Below are positions 11,105-20,518 of a stretch of DNA of 64,000 bases, in pieces. The notes under the pieces are model-generated. The model was not told the DNA's origin. It saw only the letters and a list, made by a program, of their open reading frames with translations, and did not search any database. Where the stretch lies: positions 1 to 64,000 of the forward strand of contig CAWFQB010000006.1 of the NCBI GenBank assembly GCA_963817895.1, given 5' to 3'. Position 1 is the stretch's first letter. Each line of letters starts with the position of its first letter. The stretch comes from an uncultured Chthonomonadaceae bacterium. Its GTDB lineage: Bacteria > Armatimonadota > Chthonomonadetes > Chthonomonadales > Chthonomonadaceae. The translations under genes were made by a program, and so were the position numbers.

Positions 11105-13223
11105 TTATGCCGGGACGAGAGCGAGTTCGGCTTCCACAGTTCCCACGGCTTCCACTTCCACTTTCGGGACGATTTCCGTGTAGGCCATGACCGCTAAAGT
11201 GGGCAGGGAACGCTCGATGAGACGCTTCACGGGCAGACGGATTTGACCGGAACACAGCAGCACGGGATTGTAGCCTTGATCGGCTGCCGCTTCCATCTGC
11301 TGCGACAGGCTGCGGATGAGCGATTGCGCCATCTGTGGGTCTATGGCGAGCATGTTGCCGGTTGGCGTGGCCTGTACCGCGCCCCGCATCTCCTGTTCCA
11401 GTCCGGGCGCGAGCGTGAGAACCCGAATCACGCCGTCGTCCTCCTGATACTGCTTGCAGATTTGCCGCGCCAGCGCCTGACGGCTGAACTCGCAAAGCGC
11501 GTCCGCGTCTTTGGTGCGCGGCGAGTAGTCGGCCAGCGTTTCCAGAATGGTCGCCAGATCGCGGACGCCGATACGCTCCGCCAGCAGGCTTTGCAGCACT
11601 TTTTGCACCTCGCCCAGCGTCATCAGGTTGGGCATCAACTCCTCCACTGCTGCCGCGTCCGTGTTCTTAACGTGGTCAATCAGTTTTTGGGTTTCCTGCC
11701 GCGTGAGCAGTTCTGCCGCGTGGCTTTTAATCACTTCCGTCAGGTGGGTTATCAGGACGGTGGCGGGGTCAACGGTGATATAGCCCGCCATTTCCGCCCG
11801 CTCTTTCAGGCTGCGCGCGATCCACTGCGCGGGCGTTCCCATTGCGGGTTCGATGGTGTCAACCCCCTCGAACCGCTGATAAACAATGCCGCCCTCCAAT
11901 GCCAGCACACAGTTCGGATACAGGTCGTGCGCGGCAACGGTCGCGCCTTTCAGTTTGATCTGATAATGGTTGGCGCGCAGTTGCAGGTTGTCGCGGATAC
12001 GCACGGAGGGCAGAATAATGCCCAGTTCCAGCGCGATCTGCTTGCGGACGCTGCCCACGCGCTCCGCTAGATCGCCGCCCTCGTCTGGTAGGGCAAGCGC
12101 GACAAGGTTACTCCCTAATTCCAGTTCGATGGTTTCTACGCCCAGATGCTCCATTACGCTTTCGGGTTCGGTCGGGGCGTCCGACACCTGACTGGCGGTA
12201 CGTTCGTCTTCCGTCTTCTGCTGTAGCGCGTCCGCTTTCTCTTTTTGAGTCAGGAACCACGCCGCCGTACCCACGCAGGCTGTCACGACCAGAATCTGCG
12301 GCTTGGGAAAACCGGGCAGCAGGAACATCAGCATCAGCAGGCCGGTCACAACGACAAGCGGGCGCGGCTTCAGGAACAACTGCGAAATAAATTCCTGTCC
12401 GAGCGGCTTTTTCTGAAGAGGCGCGCGTCACCATCAAACCCGTTGCTGTCGAAATCAGCAGCGCGGGAATCTGGCCTACCAAACCTTCGCCAATCGTGAG
12501 CAGGGTATATTTTTGCAGCACCTGCATAATATCGCCGCCCCGCGTCATGCCCATCACGAACCCGCCCACAATGTTGATGATGATAATTAGTACCGCTGCC
12601 ATAGCGTCGCCGCGCACAAATTTGCTGGAACCGTCCATCGCGCCGTAAAAGTCCGCTTCGGCCTCGATCTGCTTGCGCCGCGTTTTGGCCTGCTGTTCCG
12701 TAATCAGGCCGGCGTTCATGTCGGCGTCAATGGACATCTGTTTGCCCGGCATGGCGTCAAGGGTGAACCGCGCGCCCACTTCCGCCACGCGCCCCGCGCC
12801 GTTCGTGATAACGACAAAATTGACCACGACCACGATCAGAAACGCGATTATCCCCACGATGTAGTTGCCGCCGATAACGTACTTGCCAAAGGCTTCGATT
12901 ACGGCCCCCGCGTGTCCGTTTCCCAGGATCAGTTTGGTGGCGGCAACATTCAGGGACAGGCGGAACAGGGTCATAATGAGCAGCAGGGAGGGGAAAATGC
13001 TGAATTGCAGCGGCTCGGTGTTGTACAACGCGACAAGCAGAACAAGGATCGCGCCCGTGATGTTGAGAACGAGCATCGTGTCCAGAAAGAATTCCGGGAG
13101 CGGCACGACCAGCATCGCCACAATCAGAATCACCGTTCCGGCCAGCGCCATATCGCTATGCAGCATCAGGCGGTTCAGAAAGGAGTTGGGGGGTGTAGAC
13201 GCGGTTTGTGAAACGGCAGCCAT
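11105..13223 (-). CDS. flhA: flagellar export gate protein FlhA (extra A in the A5 run near 12410)
   Basis: FPSLLL, RVAEVGARFTLDAMPGKQMSIDAD, EADFYGAMDGSSKFVRGDA, TIGEGLVGQIPALL; cytoplasmic domain in ORF 11105..12379. Confidence 0.92.
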
Positions 13224-13253
13224 GCAGTCAAACTCCTGATAATACTACTCTGG

Positions 13254-13314
13254 CCCTCACCCGGGCGTCCACTTGTGGACAGCCCCTCTCTCGAAAAAGC
13301 CTGGGAGAGGGGCT
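13254..13314. repeat. CCCTCACCC...CCCCTCTC/GAGAGGGG hairpin repeat family B
   Basis: AGCCCCTCTC/GAGAGGGGCT stem; related copies at 40043-40091 and 63376-63418. Confidence 0.6.
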
Positions 13315-13465
13315 AATTCCGTAGTTGGGAAGGGGCATAAGGACAGCAGAATAGGGAATAAGTGGAAAGGTTGGGAAGCGGGCTAAAGCAGGCTTCTGTT
13401 GTCATTATCGGAAACTTGCGCCCGCAACCGCAGAAGATTTCAGGATTTCACTACGGACACATTTT

Positions 13466-13616
13466 TGCCGGACGTTGAAAACGCCCGTCTGAGCGGCGTT
13501 CCGCGTAGGGACATAACATGTTATGTCCTCCTGCGGACGCAAGACATCTTTAGAACTGCGTCCGCAGGACGCTTGCGCTTTTCTGCCGGGAAAGAGATTT
13601 AATCTGAAATCCCCGG
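13466..13616. repeat. REP/BIME-like hairpin cluster family C, copy 1
   Basis: TGCCGG..TTGAAAA..CCCG hairpin and GCGTCCGCAGGACGCTTGC shared with 29497-29614; nested GTAG-GGACATAACATGTTATGTCC palindrome. Confidence 0.6.
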
Positions 13617-13630
13617 AACCGTTTCACCGC

Positions 13631-14653
13631 CTACTTGATGTTGAGCTTTTCCAGCGCTTTGCGGATACCCGCTTCATCAAAGCCGACAGAGCGGAAGATT
13701 ATTTTGCCGCTGCCGTCCAGCACGTAGTTGGTGGGATAGGCTTGTACGCGGTACTGCAAAGCCGCATCGTAGTTATCGCCCATGCCCTTCATGCCGATCA
13801 GGAACGTGAAGTTGTTTGCCTTCACGTACTTTTTAATCACGTCCGCGCTATCCGTGCCGTTGAGGGCAATCAGTTCCAGTCCTTTGTCTTTGAGTTCGGT
13901 GTACAGCTTTTGCAGATGAGGAAACTCCTCACGGCAGGCGCCTCAATCATAGAACCAGAAGTTGACGAGAACCGCTTTCTTGCCTTTGAGCGCATCCTCG
14001 AGGGCGATTTTGCCCCCTGTCGGCGCGGACAGCGCGAACCGGGGAGCCGCGCTGCCGACCGGAAGCAGTTTCTTGTTGTCATTCTGCGGCTCGTCCAGGG
14101 CTGCGCCGGTGGGCAGCGCGTTGAGGATGGGCGCAGAAGGCAAGGCCGCATTTACCTTGACGTTCTTCAGCGCGGCATTCAGGGTGATCTTCCAATCGTC
14201 TTGCGTGAAGATTGTTTCCATGCGGGTTGCCAGTTTGCTCGGCGCGATATAAAGGCTCATCACATAGTCAAATGGTTCCCTGCCTTTCAATTGAACCACA
14301 TCGTACTCTACGCCGTCCACCGTCCGCTTACCAAGATACGCTGTTTCCGGCTTGTGTTCCATACCAAAGATGCCGCTGGAAGCCCCCCCAAAGAACATGC
14401 TGACAGGTGTAGCCCACATGACATCAATGGCATTCCCCTGCGGGTCAACAGCGGATTTTCGGTAGTGATACCTGGGCGGCAGCATGTACAGGTCAAAACC
14501 GTTAGCCGCAATCATTTTAACAAACTGCCCCTCCGAAAAGTCAGCGCGCGCCAGGTTCGGCTTTTTAAGTTTACCGTATTCACATACAAGACCTGATGCA
14601 ATCCTCTGCGCTTGTTTGCATTTAATTCTGCTTTCATCTGCGCGCGCAGGCAC
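13631..14653 (-). CDS. probable selenoprotein: LolA/DUF2092-like domain + TlpA/redoxin thioredoxin domain with UxxC active site; 5' end uncertain
   Basis: ORFs 13943..14653 and 13631..13840 are one frame; VNFWFYD-TGA-GACREEFPHL puts TGA (13943-13945) at the first Cys position of CxxC; cis-Pro motif QAYPTNYVLD follows. Confidence 0.8.
13911..13936 (-). promoter_or_regulatory. candidate bacterial SECIS hairpin
   Basis: mRNA after UGA: UGC-CG-UGAGGA-GUU-UCCUCA-UCU-GCA; apical G is 18 nt after UGA. Confidence 0.55.
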
Positions 14654-14723
14654 AAATAACAGTGTGCTGTGTGTGTTGAATTGCGTGTGCAGGCGTCAGA
14701 TGCGACAGATAGCAGTGTATGAT

Positions 14724-14779
14724 TTAACGTTAATGCAGTCTTGAATTCTGCTGTTGGTTGCAAAAGATTTAACGTTAAA
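14724..14779. promoter_or_regulatory. two LacI-type palindromic operators TTAACGTTAA
   Basis: perfect palindromes at 14724-14733 and 14769-14778 (45 bp apart) with a central CG, upstream of the LacI gene. Confidence 0.7.
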
Positions 14780-14794
14780 TAAGCCAAAAATCGC

Positions 14795-14822
14795 TTGATT
14801 TATCGCTAAACCCGTGTATAAT
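14795..14822 (+). promoter_or_regulatory. sigma70-type promoter of lacI
   Basis: TTGATT-16 bp-TATAAT, ending 12 nt before ATG 14835 (near-leaderless). Confidence 0.6.
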
Positions 14823-14834
14823 AGTCTTAACACC

Positions 14835-16001
14835 ATGCAACGAAGCAACGCCACAACTTTACAGGATATTGCCCGCGAAGTGGGCGTCAGCGCCATGACC
14901 GTATCCGTCGTGTTGCACGGTTCCCGCTCTTCGGCGCGGGTTTCAGATGCCACCCGGACACGGATTGTGGACGAGGCGAAACGGCTGCGCTACCGTCCCA
15001 ACGGAGTTGCGCGCGGACTGAACCGGCGGCGCATGGATACGCTTGGCGTGGTTTCCGTGATTGATGGCGGCGAAGTCAATCTCTATTTTCTGGAAGTCCT
15101 GAACGGCATTCTGGAGGGCGCGGCGGAACGGGGACACAACATCACCGTATTTTCCGTGCGCGACTGGCAGGCGGATGCCGCGAAAATTCAATCCTTTTGC
15201 GATGGGCGCGTGGACGGCATGATTTTTATCGCGCCGCATGGGGTTCCCGCTGACGTGATGGAGGCGATTTTGAGCCACACGCCCGTTGTCGCGCTTCACG
15301 CCAGCCAGAATATGCCGGGCGCGGTCAATCTGGATGTGGACAATGAGGCCGGGGCGTTTGTGGCCGTGACTCATCTGGCAGAACACGGACACCGGCGTAT
15401 CGCGCATTTTACGGGCGGCATGGATGTGCCGGGAGCGCGGCAGCGCCTTGCCGGGTATCGCCGCGCCCTGGATACCGCGCATATTCCTTGTGATGAGGAA
15501 CTGGTGCTGACGGGTAATTACAGCGCCACATCGGGCCGACAACGTATGGAGAAACTACTGGCGCAATGCCGCGTCGAATCCTTGCCGACCGCCCTGTTTT
15601 GCGCCAGTGACGCCATTGCCGCCGGGTGCATTGAGGCCCTGACAGCGCATGGCCTGCGCGCGCCGGACGATATTTCCGTTGTCGGTTTTGACGACACGCT
15701 GAACGCGCGCATGACCACTCCGCCCCTGACAACCGTATGCCAGCCGTTTCGCGGCATGGGACGGCGGGCCGTGGAACTGCTGCTGATACAGCTTGAGGAT
15801 GGCAGCCAGACTGTTTGCGCTGAAGACGCCATTCCTGCGGACGCGCTGCCGCAGAGAGTGGCCGAGGCCCGACAGAGCCTGGAGGTCAATATCAGCATGG
15901 AGGCCGCCGGGACTGTTTCCACCCTGTTTCATTCCGAGGTTTTTCCTCTGGAACTGGTTGTTCGCAAATCGGTCGGCCCGCCCCGTCCGAATGTTCGCTA
16001 A
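14835..16001 (+). CDS. LacI family transcriptional regulator
   Basis: TLQDIAREVGVSAMTVSVVL HTH, YRPNGVARGL hinge, DISVVGFDD, PPLTTV. Confidence 0.93.
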   Translation: MQRSNATTLQDIAREVGVSAMTVSVVLHGSRSSARVSDATRTRIVDEAKRLRYRPNGVARGLNRRRMDTLGVVSVIDGGEVNLYFLEVLNGILEGAAERGHNITVFSVRDWQADAAKIQSFCDGRVDGMIFIAPHGVPADVMEAILSHTPVVALHASQNMPGAVNLDVDNEAGAFVAVTHLAEHGHRRIAHFTGGMDVPGARQRLAGYRRALDTAHIPCDEELVLTGNYSATSGRQRMEKLLAQCRVESLPTALFCASDAIAAGCIEALTAHGLRAPDDISVVGFDDTLNARMTTPPLTTVCQPFRGMGRRAVELLLIQLEDGSQTVCAEDAIPADALPQRVAEARQSLEVNISMEAAGTVSTLFHSEVFPLELVVRKSVGPPRPNVR

Positions 16002-16123
16002 TCCGCCTGGCTGCGCCGGATCATTTGCGCAGACACTCGCATCGCATACATCAACGTTCGAGCTAAAACCGCAAACCACCTGTTGAGTCGATAGTTGAAA
16101 AACAAAATAAGGAAAAGTTAGAA

Positions 16124-16996
16124 ATGAAAATGCAACGCCGCGCCAACCTGACCGTGTCTGCCGGTCAACCAGTCAAAGGTTTTACCCTGATTGAACTGCT
16201 CGTCGTGATCGCCATTATCGCGATTCTCGCCGCGATCCTGTTCCCGGTCTTCGCGCAGGCGCGGGAAAAAGCCCGCCAGTCCTCCTGCCTTTCCAACGAA
16301 AAGCAGTTGTCGCTGGGCATCCTGCAATACGTGCAGGACTATGACGAAACCTTCCCGCTCGGCTTCGACCAGGCCAGTGGCTGGGTGGGCAGCGGCTGGC
16401 CCGTGCGCGTACAGCCGTACATCAAGAACCTGCAAGTCTTTCACTGTCCCGATGACAGCCTGAACGGTGGCGCTCCCGTTCCGCCCAACTATCCCTGGGA
16501 GGGTGTGTTCATCTCGTATGCCGCTAACGGCTACTATGGCAACTGGGCAGGCACTTCCTTTGCCGAACAGGGCGTCATGGCGACTTCCGGCTACGATCCG
16601 GGCTGGCTGTCTACGGCTTCCGCATCCGGCGGGCAGATTCAGCGGCCATCCGAATCCATTCTGCTGACCGAAAAGTTTGCGAAAGACGCGCAGGATGGCA
16701 ACGCTGCAACCCCCTCCTTCGGAACTTTTGACCAGGTTTCCGGCTTCGGCCCGCAGTGCGTGATTGCCGGCCCCTCCTATGGCGGCGGCTGGGGCGAGCA
16801 GAACATTCCCGACGGCACGCGGGTGGATTCCAATCTCTTCGGCCTGGGCAAGAACGGCGGCGTGTCCGTGCATCATACCGGCATGGCGAACTTCGCGTTC
16901 TGCGATGGACACGTCAAGGCGATGAAGCCCGCCAACACCAACCCCGACCCGACCAACCAGCCGCAGAACAACATGTGGAACACCAACCGCCCGTAG
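16124..16996 (+). CDS. prepilin-type N-terminal cleavage/methylation domain protein (DUF1559, C-terminal H-X9-DG)
   Basis: [56 protein letters not shown]. Confidence 0.92.
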   Translation: MKMQRRANLTVSAGQPVKGFTLIELLVVIAIIAILAAILFPVFAQAREKARQSSCLSNEKQLSLGILQYVQDYDETFPLGFDQASGWVGSGWPVRVQPYIKNLQVFHCPDDSLNGGAPVPPNYPWEGVFISYAANGYYGNWAGTSFAEQGVMATSGYDPGWLSTASASGGQIQRPSESILLTEKFAKDAQDGNAATPSFGTFDQVSGFGPQCVIAGPSYGGGWGEQNIPDGTRVDSNLFGLGKNGGVSVHHTGMANFAFCDGHVKAMKPANTNPDPTNQPQNNMWNTNRP

Positions 16997-17098
16997 GTAT
17001 TACGCGGTCTTCCTACTCCCCTTTCCAATGCCGGGAAGGGGAGGGCGCTCTTCAGCAAAAATGGAAGCGCGGTGAAGCACAACATAGAGAGAAAGAGC

Positions 17099-17329
17099 AT
17101 GTCTATGAAACGAACTGTAAAAACGCTGGCCGCGTATAGCCTTGTCGCAGGCATGGCATGTCTGTTGCTCGGCGGCTGCGGCGCGAAATCCGATAGCGCG
17201 AACAATGTGGACGAGCGTAAAATCTTCAGCGGCGACGCCAGCAAGATGCCCGAATCCGCGCGCCAGCAGATGGAAGCGGCTTCAGCCAAAGGCAAAGCCG
17301 GGGCGCAAACGCCCAAACCGCCTCAATAA
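17099..17329 (+). CDS. small lipoprotein
   Basis: signal peptide with lipobox LGGC; short polar mature part. Confidence 0.65.
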   Translation: MSMKRTVKTLAAYSLVAGMACLLLGGCGAKSDSANNVDERKIFSGDASKMPESARQQMEAASAKGKAGAQTPKPPQ

Positions 17330-17352
17330 TCGCGCTATTGTGCACCAAACAG

Positions 17353-17392
17353 AATGCCGCCTGCTTCCATGAAAGGGAGTGGGCGGCATTTT
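17353..17392 (+). terminator. intrinsic terminator or stabilising hairpin
   Basis: AATGCCGCC...GGCGGCATT stem followed by T run, between the lipoprotein and GH74. Confidence 0.55.
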
Positions 17393-17459
17393 GCTGAATG
17401 ATTCAGCGTATATCGCTTGTATGGTTCCCATATTTACGGTGAACGTCATGGAGGAACAA

Positions 17460-19685
17460 ATGAAGAAATCAGCAGCGTTGCTTGCGCCTCTGATACTGAG
17501 CGGGTTCTGTGTTTTGCCGGCCTGTGGTCGCGCAGGGGAAACGAAAACGGCAAAGGGCGTGGCTATCCTCCCCTACGTCTGGAAAAATGTAGAGATTGTG
17601 GGCGGCGGGTTTGTGTCGGGGATTGTGTTCAGTCCAAAACAGGCCAACGTGTTGTATGCGCGAACCGACATCGGAGGCGCGTATCGCTGGAACCTGGCGA
17701 CGCAACGCTGGACGCCGCTCATGGATTGGGTGGGGCAATCTGAAGGCAACCTGCTCGGCGTGGAAAGCATCGCGCCCGACCCCACAGACGCCAATCGCGT
17801 ATATGCCGCAGTGGGAACCTACACGCAATCGTGGGCGAGCAATGGCGCGATTTTGCGCTCTGCCAATCAGGGGCGTACATGGCAGCGTACCGACATGCCG
17901 TTCAAAATGGGCGGCAATGAGGACGGGCGTTCCATTGGCGAACGACTGGCGGTTGACCCCGGCAAAAACAGCGTTCTGTACTTCGGTTCCCGGCACGATG
18001 GGCTTTGGCGCAGCGCGGATTATGGCGCGACGTGGAGCAAAGTGGAAATTTTTCCGGTTGGGGGACGAACCAACGGCATCGGCATCGGCTTTATTGTTTT
18101 TGATGCGCGGAGCGCAGGCGCGGGGCAGGGTTCGCAAACCCTGTATGTCGGCGTGTCCGCTCCGGGCGTGAATCTGTACCGCAGCAGGGATGGCGGCAAA
18201 ACGTGGGAAGCGGTTCCCGGCCAGCCTTCGGGACTGCTGCCGCATCATGGCGTTCTGGACAAAACCGGAGCTTTGTTTCTCACTTATGGCAACGCTCCCG
18301 GCCCGAACAACATGACGGACGGAGCCGTGTGGAAACTGGACACGCAAACGGATACCTGGACGAACATCACGCCCGTAAAACCCGGCAACGGGGGAATGGG
18401 AACTTTCGGCTATGCGGGGCTTGCCCTCGACCCGCAGCATCCCGGAACCCTCATGGTCACGACAATGGACAAGTGGAGTACGGGCGACGATCTGTTCCGA
18501 AGCACGGACGGCGGCAAAACGTGGACGGCATTGAAAGCCCACTCCGAGCGCGACAGTTCCGCGTCGCCGTTTCTTAATTGGGATCGGGGCAAGGCGGATA
18601 TGGGACACTGGATGGGCGCGCTTGCTATTGACCCGTTCAAACCCGGCCATGTTCTGTACGGCACGGGCGCGACGATATGGGGCAGCGACGACGCGAATGT
18701 GGCGGACAAAGATCAGCCGACGCATTGGACGGTTCGTGCGCAGGGATTGGAAGAGACAGCGGTTATTGATTTAATCAGCCCGCCAACCGGCCCGCATTTA
18801 ATCAGCGGATTGGGCGACATCGGCGGGTTCCGGCACGATGATTTAACGGTTGCGCCCCGCAACGGCATCTGGACAAACCCCATTCTCAGCAACACGGACA
18901 GTCTGGACTACGCCGTTCAGAATCCCAATCTGATGGCGCGAGTCGGCAGGGGCGACCGGGGAACATCGGGCGCGTTTTCTACCGATGGCGCGGTAACATG
19001 GACGCCGTTCGCCGCCGCGCCGCCGCAAAGCCGGGGCGGAGGAGCGGTTGCGCTGTCGGCAGACGGGGTTACGCTGGTATGGACGCCGCAAAACGGACAG
19101 GCAAGCGTCTCGAAAGACCGGGGGGCGACATGGACGATTTGCGCCGGTCTGCCCGCCCGCGTCAACGCGGTTTCGGATCGCGTCAATCCCTCCCGATTTT
19201 ATGCCTGTGATACGGCAACCGGTAAATTCTACGCGAGCAGTGACGGCGGTATGACCTTCACTCCCAAAGCCGAAAACCTGCCCAAAGGCCGCAGCCGGAT
19301 TCGCTCCACATGGGGGAAGGAGGGCGATTTGTGGCTTGCCGCCTACGATAATGGCCTATATCACTCCACGGATGGCGGCGCGACCTTTGCCAAACTGCCG
19401 GACGCGCAAACGGGTGACGCCATCGGGTTCGGCAAGGCTGCGACGGGTCAAACCTACCCCGCGCTGTACCTGACCGGCAAAGTGGGTGACGTATCCGGCG
19501 TGTTCCGCTCGGACGACAGCGGCAAATCGTGGGCGCGTATCAACGACAATCAGCACCAGTACGGCTGGATAGGCCAGATCGTAACGGGCGACCCGCGCAT
19601 CTATGGTCGCGTGTATTTAGGCACAAACGGCAGGGGAATTCTCTACGCCGATCCCGTTACAGGTGGACAGACGGCGCGGAAGTAG
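17460..19685 (+). CDS. GH74 xyloglucanase-like glycoside hydrolase
   Basis: WKNVEIVGGGFVSGI, YARTDIGGAYRW, GGNEDGRSIGERL, SGLGDIGGF, many SxDGGxTW (BNR) repeats, GTNGRGI; GGAGG RBS. Confidence 0.9.
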   Translation: MKKSAALLAPLILSGFCVLPACGRAGETKTAKGVAILPYVWKNVEIVGGGFVSGIVFSPKQANVLYARTDIGGAYRWNLATQRWTPLMDWVGQSEGNLLGVESIAPDPTDANRVYAAVGTYTQSWASNGAILRSANQGRTWQRTDMPFKMGGNEDGRSIGERLAVDPGKNSVLYFGSRHDGLWRSADYGATWSKVEIFPVGGRTNGIGIGFIVFDARSAGAGQGSQTLYVGVSAPGVNLYRSRDGGKTWEAVPGQPSGLLPHHGVLDKTGALFLTYGNAPGPNNMTDGAVWKLDTQTDTWTNITPVKPGNGGMGTFGYAGLALDPQHPGTLMVTTMDKWSTGDDLFRSTDGGKTWTALKAHSERDSSASPFLNWDRGKADMGHWMGALAIDPFKPGHVLYGTGATIWGSDDANVADKDQPTHWTVRAQGLEETAVIDLISPPTGPHLISGLGDIGGFRHDDLTVAPRNGIWTNPILSNTDSLDYAVQNPNLMARVGRGDRGTSGAFSTDGAVTWTPFAAAPPQSRGGGAVALSADGVTLVWTPQNGQASVSKDRGATWTICAGLPARVNAVSDRVNPSRFYACDTATGKFYASSDGGMTFTPKAENLPKGRSRIRSTWGKEGDLWLAAYDNGLYHSTDGGATFAKLPDAQTGDAIGFGKAATGQTYPALYLTGKVGDVSGVFRSDDSGKSWARINDNQHQYGWIGQIVTGDPRIYGRVYLGTNGRGILYADPVTGGQTARK

Positions 19686-19786
19686 TTGTCTTGAACCATG
19701 ATTTAGGTGATTAGGTGATTACCATGATGAACGCGCCTCCTCAATCATGCTAATCCTCAAATCACATAAATCATGGTTCAAGACAA
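19686..19786. repeat. long hairpin repeat family A, copy 2 (opposite orientation)
   Basis: TTGTCTTGAACCATGATTT / AAATCATGGTTCAAGACAA; loop GAACGCGCCTCCTCA is the near reverse complement of the copy 1 loop. Confidence 0.8.
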
Positions 19787-19868
19787 AAATAAGTGAGCAG
19801 ACAGTACGTTCCAAGCGTAAAGGATAAAAGTAACCCACGAGAACTTCCCAATACGAAAGGAACCTGCT

Positions 19869-20484
19869 ATGACCGCGCTTACGGAACCCGTTTCCCTCCC
19901 GCATCTGAATGAACACGATCTCGACCTGTTGCTTCGGGAGGCGAGAACGCATTACTTTTTCCTGCCCACGCCCGTAGCCGAAGCAAAAGCTACGCGAAAT
20001 CTATGACCTGATGAAGTGGGGGCCGACAAGCGCCAATTCTTGCCCCCTGCGCATCGTATTTCTGACCACTGAAGAGTCCAAAGCTCGCGTGCTGCCTGCC
20101 CTGTCCGCCAACAACGTGGAGAAGTCCCAATCGGCCCCGGTTGTCGCCCTGATCGCCTACGACATGGAGTTTTATGAGCAGTTGCCCAAACTGTTTTTAC
20201 AGGCAGACGCCCGTTCGTGGTTTGCCGGCAAGCCGGAAGTGATCGCGGAAGCCGCATTCCGCAACGGGAGTTTGCAGGGCGGGTATTTCATACTTGCCGC
20301 CCGTGCGCTCGGACTGGACTGCGGCCCCATGTCCGGTTTCGATGCCGACAAAATCAACGCCGAATTCTTCCCCGACGGCAAATGGCAAATCAACTTCGTG
20401 TGCAATCTCGGACACGGCGACCCGTCAAAATTGTACCCGCGCAATCCCCGTCTGGACTTCGACGAAGCCTGCAAAGTTTTATAG
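19869..20484 (+). CDS. RutE-like nitroreductase (malonic semialdehyde reductase); +1 indel in the A run near 19986
   Basis: LLREARTH, then IYDLMKWGPTSANSCPLR, RNGSLQGGYFILAARALGLDCGPMSGFD, PRNPRLDFDE. Confidence 0.85.
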
Positions 20485-20518
20485 AGGGTATGCCGCAGAG
20501 TGTGTCGAATGTAGTAGT

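Noticed and set aside
12400..12420. Programmed frameshift or pseudogenisation of flhA
   Set aside because: Single extra A in a homopolymer, the same pattern as the other likely sequencing errors
13400..13445. Sigma-28 promoter for flhA (TCCGATAA on the minus strand)
   Set aside because: Only a partial -10 match and no TAAA-like -35 at the right spacing
17469..18725. Long antisense ORFs (also 21506..22813, 48904..50037, 13523..14596, 7101..8066)
   Set aside because: Shadows of well-supported genes on the opposite strand in GC-rich DNA; no motifs
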